Of a DNA stretch of 64,000 nucleotides, positions 39,800 through 52,340 are shown in pieces. The DNA is from Octopus vulgaris. Taxonomy: Eukaryota. The notes beneath the pieces are model-generated. The model was not told the DNA's origin and ran no database searches. It worked only from the letters and a program-made list of their open reading frames with translations. The stretch is from NCBI GenBank assembly GCA_951406725.2, contig OX597828.1, forward strand, positions 15,438,001 through 15,502,000, written 5' to 3'. Each line of letters opens with the position of its first letter. Positions within the stretch are counted from its first letter, which is position 1. Both the position numbers and the translations under genes were made by a program.

Positions 39800-41150
39800 T
39801 TGTCCAAGTCTAACAATAATGGACGAGAAAGATAAAGAGATAGTAAATCCTTGATGAGAAGTCGACATCAATTATTCCAGTCTTCAACGCAGAAGCGAGG
39901 TAGGTGTCCGTTTCAACTTAGTTACACTGTAGTTCAGAGTTGCTTTCCAAATGTTTAGGGAATGTGATATCATAACCTGATTCATGATAGCGTAAAATAG
40001 TTTTGTTCGTGTATTTTCTGAATGAAAGTGCGCGTGTCATGCAGCGGTATTATTGTACGTAAAGAGAGAGAGGGAGGGAGAGAGAGAAAGGAAAAGAGAG
40101 AGATCGTACAAAGAATCTATAGAAACATTAAAAGTGAAAACAAAGATGTTGAGCAAAAACGAAAACTTATATCAGATAGCACCTATATATAAAAAAAATA
40201 TATATCTATTTCTCTCTGACAAAGCATATTTTTCCATGTCAAGAAATCCACTTCGTTATTATTATATATTTGCAATTGGTTCGGTTAAACAGATCCTTCT
40301 TTAGTTTGCAATTTCTTATTCCTTGTTATATTTAACGACGACACTGATCATCATGACAGTATCGCCGCCGACTGTCACAATGAAATGGTAAATTATCAGC
40401 AACGAAGCCACCAGTTACCTACCCTTTCTCAACAGCATACATAGAGGGCACTACACGTCACTCTTTGCGCTTTATCAGTTTCAAATAATCCGCACAACTT
40501 TTCTTTTCACTATTTTCAATATTTCTTTGGCTATTTTCGTTTTGTTAATTAAAAAAAAAATATTTTGACAAGGCTAAGCATCACTCTTAAAGGAGCGTAG
40601 GGTGGAATGCAATATTGTAACGTTCAAGCTTTTCCAACGTAGATGAAGTGAGCTTGATTCAATGGTAAATCGAAACCGGGTCACCCGGTCTAGTCTTGCC
40701 GGAGTTTCCCTTACTCACCACGTTTTGTGTTTGTGTGTATGTGTGTTCAAAACTCAGTCTGCGTGAGTTACTATTCCGAGTTTCTGCTTTCCGGTTTTGC
40801 CATTATAACCTAACTGCATTTCACCCAGGGTGAAACTAGACCAGCATCCGCTGTGTGTATAAAAGATCTATATGTGTATGCATATGACAGTCCAACGATG
40901 GCATGACAGGCCGAAACTTCGAAGTCACTATAAACATTAAGAATGATAAATTTGGGCGTAACTTCGGTATAAGTACCGGAAGTACCGGATACATTTCAAG
41001 AAAATGTTTTTTTTATATATATGAGGGTGGGTAGGGTTAGGGGTGGGAGAAAAGGGTTTCTGTTATCTTCAGAAATGTAAACAGAGTCACGTGTGTACCT
41101 ATACCGAAGGTTCGCCCAAATTTGTATTCTGCATCAAGTTAATGTCATAT
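39800..41150. promoter_or_regulatory. CpG-rich promoter / 5'UTR region of TMEM110, possibly bidirectional
   Basis: Mostly unique sequence with visibly frequent CpG compared with the flanks, immediately upstream of the first coding exon. CRE-like CACGTCA near 40454. Confidence 0.5.
40955..41116. mobile_element. Small MITE with GG termini and near-identical 8-bp flanks (Merlin-like)
   Basis: TIRs ggcgtaacttcggtata / tataccgaaggttcgcc with flanks taaatttg / caaatttg. An internal tagggttaggggtggg...cttcagaaatgtaaa segment is shared with the 24 kb MITE. Confidence 0.6.
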
Positions 41151-41829
41151 TGTATTTATTATAAATGAACATAAAAGCAAATATTAACTTAATATATATA
41201 TATTCTTTTACTTTTTCAGTCATTTGACTGCGGTCATGCTGGAACACCGCCTTTACAAATCGACCCATGATTTATTCTTTGTAAGCCTAGAACTTATTGT
41301 ATCAGTCTCTTGTCGAACCGCTAAATTACGGGGACATAAACACACCAACATCGGTTATCAAGCGATGGTGAGGTGGGGGACAAGCAGAGATACAAATACA
41401 TATATACATGTGGAACTCCGTCGGTTACGACGATGACGAGGGTTCCAGTTGATCTGATCAACGGAACAGCCTGCTCGTGAAATGAACGTGCAAGTGGCTG
41501 AGCACTCCACAGACACATGTACCCCTTAAGGTAGTTTTGACACTTTGTTAGCAACCAGCTTAAACTCTGTTTAGAACTTAAACAAGTCTCAAAGAAAATC
41601 ATACTTATATATGTATACACTCACACACATACATATAAGTATCTATATATATAAGGCACAAGCGTGACTGCGTGATAAGAAGCTTGCTTCCCAACAACAT
41701 GGTTCTGTGTTCAATCCCACTGCATGGCACCTTGGGCAAGTGTCTTCTACTATAGCTTTGGGCTGATCAAAGCCCTATGAGTGGATTTTGTGGGCAGAAA
41801 CAGAAAGAAGCCCATTGTATACACACACA

Positions 41830-42277
41830 CATGGATCCGGGTTTTTTCAATTGCATGAACTAAAAGGTGGAGGGGGACTGGATAAACTACCTCCATCAAC
41901 TTGTTATAAAAAGCAGGTAGCAATTTTACCTTTACTTATTCTTAGTGCAAGTTTTGATGAGTGCAGTTCGATTTTTAACAGCTATTTTTGCAAAGGTATA
42001 ATGGAGGTGACAAAGGATCATATTTGGCACATTCTGCTTTATGAATTCAATAAAGGCAATTATGCAACGGAAAGTGCAAGGAATATTACTGCAGTATATG
42101 GGGATCAGACAATAAGTGTAAACCAGCGTCAACAGTGGTTCCAGAAACTACAGCCTAGAAGTCAAGCCATGCCCTGGAAGATCTGTAGAGCTCAACAAGG
42201 ATGTCCTGCAAACCCTGGTGGAACAAAATCCCATTATAACTGTTGAACAACTAGCAGAGAAGCTTGGATTTGATCAT
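41830..42277 (+). mobile_element. Mariner transposase 5' remnant (HTH region)
   Basis: MEVTKDHIWHILLYEFNKGNYATESARNITAVYGDQTISVNQRQQWFQK from 42001, with a frameshifted continuation LVEQNPIITVEQLAEKLG. Confidence 0.85.
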
Positions 42278-42509
42278 ATATATATATTATGTGTATATTA
42301 ATACTTGTTTTTATGTTCAGTTATAATAAAAACAATTTTACATTCATCTGATGGGTTACTCTATACTTTTGTAAAGTGCAAATTTATCTTTCTTATACAA
42401 GAATGATAAAGATTCTGAGAGCTGAGATTTGGCAGTCTGATGATAGCTTAGCTGGTCAAAACTTTAAAGTTGCTGTCAACAACATCCCTGTATAAGAATA
42501 GTAAATATT

Positions 42510-44045
42510 CTCACCTCTTCCAGGATGTTGATCCTGGCTACCTCAAAGTTGGAGATGGCTTGGTAGCAAGAGCTTCTCCACTGAGCTCTATTCAGTGCCA
42601 CCTATTCCTGAGACTTCAGGTTTATTTCACATGTTTTCAAACAAATTTTGAGAATGCCATTATAGCAGATCAGTGGTTGGCCTTGGTACCTGGTACCAGA
42701 GCTAAGCTGACCATTGAAGAGGATTTTGGTAAGTGAGTGCTTTCCATGCATATCACATGCTCAACCAACATCAGTTGCATTTTGGTATGGAAACTCTCAA
42801 TACTTAGAATGTCACATCTTGTAAGAACCTCTGCTTTGGGGATTTTGTCCTGCCATTTGATGTTGCAAATTGAAAGAAGGCCATGAAGATAGAATGAATC
42901 TAGCTGTTTGACATGGCTCTTGTAGTGTGCCAATATTTCACAGCCATACAGAAGAGAGTTAAGCATAACTGCTTGGTGCACTTTTATCGTTGTAGCTTGG
43001 AAGACAACATGATCTTTCCACAGTTTTGGCTGGAGTCTCATGAAAGCTGAGCCCAACCCAAATAATTACTGGATTATCTCTTTGTTCAGTTGGACATTGT
43101 TTGACAGGATGCTTCCCAGGTAGCAGAATTTGGAAACAGCATTTAGATGGATGTTGTCTATCATGACAATAGAATGCTGTTTTGGATGTTCAGTTGTTGT
43201 TGCTGTTGTCTTCTTCTTCTTCTTCCAATCAGGATTCACGCCATTAGCCACAAAGAATAATCTCTAATTCGAGCCTACTCTAAGCTACTCTGAATGCGTG
43301 TGGCAACTTGAAGATCCACCCACCACACGCAATAGACTGGCAGTTGCACGGGCACGAAAGCTATGTTGTTATCCTCATTCCGTAAAAAGGTGGCTTTTAA
43401 CGGGTGGAGAGCTGAACCCTCCTGGGGTACAGAGGATTCGCTATCTAGACTAGGGTCTGAAAGGTTTACTACACCATAGTGGGTTACACCATGGTTCCTC
43501 TGCTTTGTGGCAGAAGTAGGAAGAAAGAGTGAGAGAAAGTTGTGGTGAAAGAGTACAGCGGGGTTCACCACCACCACCACTCCACCAGAGCCTTGTAGAA
43601 CTTAGGCGTTTTTGCTCAATAAACACTCACAATGCCTGGTCTGGGAATCGAAACTGCGTTCTTACGACTGTGAGTCCGCTGCCCTAACCACTGGGCCATT
43701 GCACCTGCACTTCAGTTGCTATCTGATGCAAGACCTGTCTTCTTCAAGCTGATTGTTAGACCAAAGGATCTGGCAACATTACAAAAACAATCAACTAATA
43801 TTTGGATGCCCCAAGCTGGCAGAATCATTAGCATGCCAGGCAAAATGCTTAGCAGCATTTTGTCCTTCTTTATGTTCTGAGTTCAAATTTTACCAAAGTT
43901 GACTTTGCCTTTGATCCTTTTAGTGTTGATAAAATAAGTACCAGCTGAACACTGAGGTTGATTTAATTGACTTTATTCCCTCTCCCCAAATTTCTAGCCT
44001 AGTGCCAAAATTTTGAATCAATATTTGGATGCCCTGTTGACAGAT
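42510..44045 (-). mobile_element. Degenerate RTE (BovB-like) LINE RT region interrupted by two SINEs
   Basis: SFGLTISLKKT (43.75 kb), then AVSKFCYLGSILS, LLYGCE and ICNIKWQDKIP. Insertions are flanked by TSDs ttcagttg (43189/43711) and aatatttggatgccc (43797/44020). Confidence 0.85.
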
Positions 44046-44961
44046 ATCTGTAAAGTGGTTGATATTAAGAAGGGCATCCAGTGGCAGAGAGCATGCCAGA
44101 ACTGACATCGGAGCCTGATGGAGCCCTATCGCTTGTTGCATCTTGTCAAACTGTCCAACCATTATCAACATGGGAAACAGATTCTAAATGATGATGGCAA
44201 TGATGATGATGATGATGATAGGTGTGGCTGTGTGGTAAGAATTTTGCTTCTTACAGACAAAGTACTTAGCGGTATTTTGTCTGTCGTTACGTTCTGAGTT
44301 CAAATTCTGCTGAGGTCGACTTTGTCTTTCATCCTTTAGGGGTCGATAAATTAAATACCAGTTACGCACTGGGGTCGATGTAATCGATTTAATCCCTTTG
44401 TTTGTCCTTGTTTGTCCCCTCTGTGTTTAGCCCCTTGTGGGCAATAAGGAAATAAGAAGTTTGCTTCACAGCAACATGGGTGTGGATTCAGTCTCACAGT
44501 GGAGCATGTTGGGTAAATATCTTCTACTATAGTCCTGGACTGACCAGAGCCTCATGAGTGAATTTGCAAGACAAAAACTGAAAGCAGCCTGGCAGACACG
44601 TATGATATATCTATGTATGATGTATGTTTGTGTATGTGTGCATGTATTGATATGTTTATGTATGATGTATATTTGTGTACGTGTGCATTGTCTTTGTGTT
44701 TGTTCCCCACCACTGTTTGACAACCAGTATTGATTTGTTTAAATCCCTCTAACTTAGTTGTTTGGCAGAAGAAACCAGTAGAATAGCACCAAGTTTTAAA
44801 AAATAAGTACTGGGGTTAACTTGTCCAACTAAAAACCCTTCACAGCCATGCCCCAGCATGGCCACAATCTGATGACTGAAACAAGTAAAAGATAAATGGT
44901 ATACATATATGAATTTTTTATCTTTTAGTTGCTTATATATATATATATCTTTTATTTGTTG

Positions 44962-44995
<34 letters not shown>

Positions 44996-45982
44996 GTATA
45001 TATATATCATCATCATCATCCTCATTTAATGTCCATTTTCCATGCTAGCATGGGTTGGAAGGTTTGACCGGGGTCTGGGAAGCCAGGAGGCTGCACCAGG
45101 CTCCAGTCTGATCTTGCAGTGTTTCTACAGCTTGATGCCCTTCCTAACGCCAACCACTCCATGAGTGTAGTGGGTGCTTTTTACGTGCCACCGGCACAGG
45201 TGCCAGGGGAGGCTGGCAGCGGCCACAATCAGTTGGTGCTTTTTAAGTGCCACCAGCACAGAAGCCAGTCAAGGCAGCGCTGGCATTGGCCACATTGGGA
45301 TGGTGCTTTTTATGTGCCGCCAGCACAGGTGTCGCAACTACAATTTCCATTTGATATTTATTTTGATATTGATATTGGTGTTGATATATATATATATATA
45401 CTTACATATAAGAGACCAAAGTGGTATGTATGCCACTATATTTTTATATATAAAAAGTACAAAAATGGGACAAAGACGCAAAACATCTAGACAGTTAGGT
45501 GATACTAAGAAGAGACAACAAAACATCCAGACAGATGGAAAAAAACGGGTCCCTGCCATAAGGCTTTACTTCCACACACACCAGCTTAATTTAATTCATC
45601 CTTAGTCGAAAGACACCCGTTGTTAATGTCCTGTTATTTGTATTTGTGTATCATGTTATCTTTTTTTTTTACCATCCTTGTTTTCATATACATTCACTGC
45701 TTTCTTCCAAGGAATCTAGTGCTCTTAGCTTAGTTTTTCCTAGGGGCTGGCCAGATTGGAGCAATCTCGAGTATAACTAGCCAAAATTGCAAATATAATC
45801 TGGAACTCGATTGAGGAAAACTCCGAATGACCCGTCCTTGTTTTCTTTGTATCGTCTGTCTGGATGTTTGTTGTCCCTTTTTTATATCACCTAACTGTCT
45901 GGATGTTTTATGTTTTTACTTTAAAGGTGGTGCTCCAGGATGGCCACAGTCAAATGACTGAAACAAGTAAAAGTGTAAAAGA

Positions 45983-46017
<35 letters not shown>

Positions 46018-46111
46018 TAGATAGATATACACACACACATATATATATATACTTACATATATATATATATAAAGATGAATATGAATATAAATATACACAT
46101 ATATATATATC

Positions 46112-46192
<81 letters not shown>

Positions 46193-46795
46193 ATTTAAAT
46201 TTAATTTGTATCAAAATATTTTTGTTGCTTGGAAACCAGTCGTGGTTTCAAAGTGACAAAAATATTTTGGCACAAATTAAATTAAAATGTTGAAGTGAAT
46301 CTAATGGCTTTTTGTGTGCTCTTAAATGGCTTATAAACATCTTCCACACTACAATTGTCTTTGTTTTAGTACAGGATCCCATATCAAGTCACTTGCTATA
46401 CAAATACATCTCTGTAATATATATATACATATATTTATACTTTTATTTATTAAAACTGCAGGAACATCACAAAAATATCACAAAAAAACTGCTACCCAGA
46501 ATTTCACATTCCCATTTGTTTAATCACAACTGTCAGATGAACAGGAATGTGAAACTCTGAGTAGCAGATTTTGTGATATTTTTGCAGCTTTAATAATAAA
46601 GCATATTACTCTACCTCCGGTATTCAAGTACTATTTTTCCCCACCTTGTTTCACATTTATGTGCTTACTCCAGTATATATATATATGTGATGTTGTTGGT
46701 AAAACATGTTCTTTGTCTATCTCCTTATCCTCTTGGAGATTTAGGGTAAAAATATACTAATGTGTCCTTCTAACTTAATTAAATGCTATGTCTTT

Positions 46796-46889
46796 GTGCA
46801 GCTGAAGATTGCTCTACATTTTAAATTGATGTAATGAAATGATTGCATTGTTCTATTAATTGGAGTCGCATGAAACGATCATACTGCAT
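46796..46889 (+). ncRNA. Hammerhead-like motif with long helix II
   Basis: GUGCAG-CUGAAGA-UUGCUCUA...UGGAGUCGCAU-GAAA-CGAUCA-UA-CUGCAU, with a 6-bp helix I. Confidence 0.5.
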
Positions 46890-47135
46890 TACCTCTGGAT
46901 ATCCTTGTTGCTTATTTTGATTATATATATATATATATATATATAAGAAAAGAGTTGACAAAGGAATAACTAAGCCAGTCATCTTATGAACTTCATTAGC
47001 TTGTAGATTATCTTGTTATTTCTTTGCCCACTCTTTCCTTATTATTACTCTGCACCCAACTAATGCTTCGTTCAGAAGCTTGTGTATATTGAGTTCTATG
47101 CCATATTATTTGTCTCACAGTGCCTAAGCAATATA

Positions 47136-48037
47136 CAGTGTGCAGTGAATAAACTGTTGTCTTAATTACGCAAACATGAAAATAACACTGACATCTCATT
47201 TTGACAGATATATTTATCAAAATTACATAAAAATACCTTGAAATACTAAAGAGTAAATTTATTGAATAAAATCACCATTGGCTTCAACCACGGCCTCCAG
47301 ATGACTTCGGAATCTTCTGCAATTTTTCTGAACGGTCTCCTTGTTTATGTTGGCAAATGCTGCCATAATCCTTGCCTTCAGTTCATCTTTGGTGTTAGAA
47401 GGAGTTTTGTTAGTCTCTCACTCAACAGCACCCCACACATAATAATCAATGGGGTTGCAGTCTGGGGAGTTAAGTGACCAAATGTTAGGGGTGATATGTT
47501 TGCAGTAACTGTCTAACAGCCATGACTGGGTTCTCCTGCTTGTGTGGCATGGTGCAGAGTCCTGTTGCCAGCAGCTATCCTCTTGACCCAGGGCAGTACT
47601 GCTCCAGGCACTTGATGTAGGTTCCAGGCACATGATGTAAACTCCAGGCACTTAATGTAGGCTCCATGTTGAGATGAATGGGAAGATGAATGGAGGCATA
47701 ATGTCACCATCATTAGTGATCACTCCAAACACCATGATGTTGACTGGATGTTTGATTTCTAACACTTTCAGTACATGTCCTCACATTGCACTGTCCTCAG
47801 ATTGACACCCAAACACTCTCAAATCTTTGTATTGGAGGTTCTGGCATGAATGCTAAATAGTACGGCATGTTGTTTCCAAATTTCTGGCAGACTGAATGGC
47901 GTCATGGTGCTGTTTTTCTCACAGTCGGTGCCCAACTGACCCTACTATACTGTGTAGTTGACATAGTCAAAAGCAAACAATGTGCATGTGTGAAATTAAA
48001 AAATATAAAATGGCGACAATTTATCCATCGCTCCCTG
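47136..48037 (-). mobile_element. Degenerate maT-type (DD37D) Tc1/mariner transposon
   Basis: WQQDSAPCH...NSPDCNPIDYYVWG with 37 residues between the catalytic Asps. TA-flanked TIR cagggagcgatggataaattgtcgcc at 48037 and a degenerate partner at 47136. Confidence 0.85.
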
Positions 48038-48710
48038 TATATATATATATATATGATGATGATGATGATGATATATATCACCCATTCCCTTCTGGTCATT
48101 CAATATGTGATCGCATGTGTATCTCTCTTTACTCTTTTACTTGTTTCAGTCATTTGACTTCGGCCATGCTGGAGCACCGCCCTTAGTAGAGCAAATCAAC
48201 CCCAGGACTTATTCTTTGTAAGCCCAGTACTTATTCTATCGGTCTCTTTTTGCCGAACCTCTAAGTGACAGGGACATAAGCACACCAGCATCGGTTGTCA
48301 AGCAATGCTAGGGGGACAAACACAGACACACAAACATATACACACACATACATATATATATGTACATATATACGACAGGCTTCTTTCAGTTTCCGTCTAC
48401 CAAATCCACTCACAAGGCATTGGTCGGCCCGGGGCTATAGCAGAAGACACTTGCCCAAGATGCCACGCAGTGGGACTGAACCCGGAACCATGTGGCTGGT
48501 AAGCAAGCTACTTACCACACAGCCACTCCTGCGCCTATTGGCGATTTTTTTTCCTCAGTCTTCCCTTCCTTGGATCTTTCCTTTTCCTATGTTTCTGATG
48601 AAGAGCGCCACTCAAAACGTTAAATCCTCCTTCTTTCTTTCCTTTCCTGAGCGTCCAATAACACTATACTTGTTCCACGTCCTCGGTTTGTTGTGTTTTC
48701 ATGTTTGGAT

Positions 48711-48751
<41 letters not shown>

Positions 48752-48818
48752 GCACACATATATGTATAATTTACATAGTGGACACACTATATCTCATAGA
48801 GTTTTTTCCTTTCTTCAG

Positions 48819-48908
48819 GTGCAACACCTTCATTCCAATTTGACGGAAAAGAGCAGCAGTTCAGGAACTGAGGGAAGTCTCAACAACGACCATGATGAAA
48901 ATGTGTGA
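48819..48908 (+). CDS. Candidate terminal exon of an unidentified plus-strand gene
   Basis: Strong acceptor ttttttcctttcttcag|G, a short open frame (VQHLHSNLTEKSSSSGTEGSLNNDHDENV*) and about 500 bp of unique AT-rich UTR-like DNA after it. No homology recognised. Confidence 0.25.
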   Translation: MQHLHSNLTEKSSSSGTEGSLNNDHDENV

Positions 48909-49477
48909 AAAGGAATCTGCTGCCAAGAACTTGTATCTCGTCATCTTTTGCTCCTGTAGATAACTAGTGTTTTATGGTTGTTAGTGCTAGCTTCTCCTTT
49001 TGCTATTCTCGTATCAGCTTGACTAGACTGTTATGTTGTGTGTGTTGATAATTACTGCACTAAGATCTGTTTCCAAAATATTTTATTTACCACACTGCAG
49101 TATTTACATTTGTACATTCCAGTAGCATATGTTGGTTGTTGTATTGGGTATGCTATCATATTTCAAGCAGGGTAATAACAAAAGTTTTCCATTAAGATTT
49201 GAGATTAAATTACTGAGTAGGGTTAATATTTATAATGAATTTGCCATTTTCAATAGGTGTGTGGCACACACCTAGCACATCCAGAATATACACTCCTGGT
49301 GCATTCAGTAACTTAATTTTTGGTGAGTAGAACAGGACCTATGAATCAGTCAGTGCATAGAGTGAATATTCATTGATTGACATGCCGAGCTAAGTAGAAT
49401 CATGACTGTCCATTCATATAAGGATGTCTTCTAAATCCCTCTCACAGCTGAGTAGTCCTAATCTTGTGGGCTCATGG

Positions 49478-49815
49478 GTGCTGGTGCCATGTAAAAGCAC
49501 CTATGTCAGTGCCTCATAAAACTGCCCCTACCAGTGCCATATAAAAGCACCAATGCCAGTACCATGTAAAAGCACTGGTGGTGGTGTCACATAAAAGCTC
49601 CTGTGCTGGTGCCATAAAAAGTGCCCATGCTGGTGTCACATAGAAGTGCTGGTGGTGACGCCATGTAAAAGCACCCTTGCCGGTGCCATGTAAAATCTCC
49701 TGTGCCATATTAAAACACCCATGCTGGTGCCATGTAAAAGCGCTGGTGGTGGTGCCACATAAAAGCTCCTGTGCTAGTGCCATAAAAAAAGTGCCCATGC
49801 TGGTGCCATGTAGAA
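49478..49815 (+). repeat. Minisatellite of about 22-24-bp gtgccatgtaaaagcacc units
   Basis: Roughly 15 degenerate tandem units resembling the repeated motif of the RTE 3'UTR. Confidence 0.85.
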
Positions 49816-50549
49816 AATTTCCCTCTCACCAAAGGGAGGGGACTTGTTGATTGCATCTACCCCAGTGCTCAGCTGGTACTTATTTCACCAATCCTGAAAT
49901 GATCAAAGGTAAATTGACTCCAGTAGGTTTTTTTTAGGCTTGGTACTTATTCTATAGGTCTTGTTTGCTAAACCACTAAGCTATGGGGATGTAAACAAAC
50001 CAACACTGGTTGTCAAGCTGTGGAAAGAGCAAAACACACACACACACACACATGATGGGGTTCTTTTAGTTTCTCTCTACCAAATCCACTCACAAGGCTT
50101 TGGTTGGCTCAAAGCTATCATAGAAGACATTTGCCAAAGGTGCCAGGCTGTGGCGTGGGACTGAACCCAGACCCATGTGCTTGGGAAGCAAGCTTCTTAC
50201 CACACAGCCACGAGAAAAATTTATAAATAGTAGGTAGAAAAATTTGAAAAAGCATGAGCTAGTAGTGAGATAAAGAGAAATATCATGTCATAAATAGTAA
50301 TATTAGTTATTGATTAAATATCATTTTTCTCATTACGTTTATTTCTTGATAGATTTTTTTTTGAATGCAGGCTAATACTAACTTGCTTATTGAGATAGTC
50401 ATATCATGGCATAAATATATTCAGAGTCGAGTTTGAATCCCAGATACACGGTTTTGGTTTCAGTGCCACTGTGTGGTATCTTGGACTGGCGTTTTTTTAC
50501 TATAGCATTGAGCCTTGTGAGTGGACTTGGTAGACGGAAACTGATAGAA

Positions 50550-50609
50550 TGTGTGTGTGTGTGATTGTGTGGGTATGCGTGTGTGTGTGTGATTGTGTGT
50601 GTGTATGTA

Positions 50610-50640
<31 letters not shown>

Positions 50641-50916
50641 CATAAAATAAGAATAAAAATCACGTTAGTGATTATTATCAGGTAGTCAGTATGGAATAAA
50701 AATTTATAAGCAATTTATATATTTAATTAATAATTATATATATAAATAATATATATATAAATATATTATAATGTATATATTATATATATATATATAATTA
50801 TTAATTTAATATATATATAATATACATGTATATATATGCATACATATATATATGTATATATATATATGTATATATGTGTATATATATATGCATATATATA
50901 CATATATATATATACA

Positions 50917-50969
<53 letters not shown>

Positions 50970-50994
50970 ATATATATATATAATATATATATAC

Positions 50995-51054
<60 letters not shown>

Positions 51055-51071
51055 ATATATATATGTATATG

Positions 51072-51117
<46 letters not shown>
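50550..51117. repeat. Compound (TG)n/(TA)n microsatellite
   Basis: Direct reading. It is the source of the YI-rich ORFs here. Similar tracts lie at 45.98-46.19 kb and 58.5-63.1 kb. Confidence 0.95.
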
Positions 51118-51119
<2 letters not shown>

Positions 51120-51614
51120 TAATGTATATGAGCAAAGTCAGTGATAGAAAAAAAAATCATTGAAATGAATCATTGATGATGCATTGTGAAACCCTTGTAT
51201 GACTCTTGAGCCTGGCAAAAGATTTGCACACACACACTCACACACGTGCACATGCGCACACACATATATTTATGTGTGTGTGTCTTTGTGTCTGTGTTTA
51301 TTAACCCTGACCCCACATTCCCACTGCTTGACAACTGGTGTCAGTGTGATTAAATCCCTGTAACTTAGCGATTCTGCAAAATTGATCAACGGAATAAATA
51401 CCTGGCTTAAAAAAAAAAATTAAAAAGTCCTGGGCTTGATTTATTCAACTAAAATTTTTCAAGGTGGTGCTCCAGCAAGGCCATGGTCTAATAATGGAAA
51501 TAAGTAAAAGAGAAAGGACAAAATATATTAGTAATGAAGAGGAATGAAAGCCACAGCATTGCTGAATAGAGAAAGAGCTCTAAATTTATGAAATGTTATA
51601 ACTTTAGCTTGCTA

Positions 51615-51617
<3 letters not shown>

Positions 51618-51692
<75 letters not shown>

Positions 51693-51763
51693 ATTATTAT
51701 TATTATGTTATTATTATTGTTATTATTATTATCATTATTATGTTATTATTATTGTTGTTGTTA

Positions 51764-51810
<47 letters not shown>
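51618..51810. repeat. (TTA)n microsatellite
   Basis: Direct reading. Confidence 0.95.
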
Positions 51811-52340
51811 TGGTATGTAAATCGTGCCGGTGGCACGTAAAATCATGCCAGTGGCACATAAAAAGCACCATCCGATTGTGGCCATTGCCAGCCTCGCCTG
51901 GCCCCTGTGCCGGTGGCATGTAAAAAGCACCATCCAATCATGGCCGTTTGCCAGCCTCGTCTGGCACCTGTACTGGTGGCATGCAAAATGCATCCACTAC
52001 ACTCACGGAGTGGTTGGCGTTAGGAAGGGCATCCAGCCATAGAAACATTGCCAGATCAGACTGGGCCTGGTGCAGCCTTCTGGTTTCCCAGACCCCAGTT
52101 GAACCGTCCAACCCATGCTAGCATGGAAAGCGGACGCTAAACAATGATGATGATGATGATCATCATCATCGTTTAACGTCCGTTCTCCATGCTAGCATAG
52201 GTTGGACGGTTTGACCGGGGATCTGGGAAGCCAGAAGGCTGCACCAGGCTCCAGTCTTATCTGGCAATGTTTCTACAGCTGGATGCCCTTCCTAACGCCA
52301 ACCACTCCGTGAGTGTAGTGGGTGCTTTTTACGTGCCACC

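Noticed and set aside
48890-48990. C/D box snoRNA (ATGATGA at about 48892)
   Set aside because: No D box (CTGA) or terminal stem at a suitable distance.
49478-49815. CRISPR-like periodic array
   Set aside because: The units are degenerate and contiguous with no unique spacers, there are no cas genes, and the context is eukaryotic.
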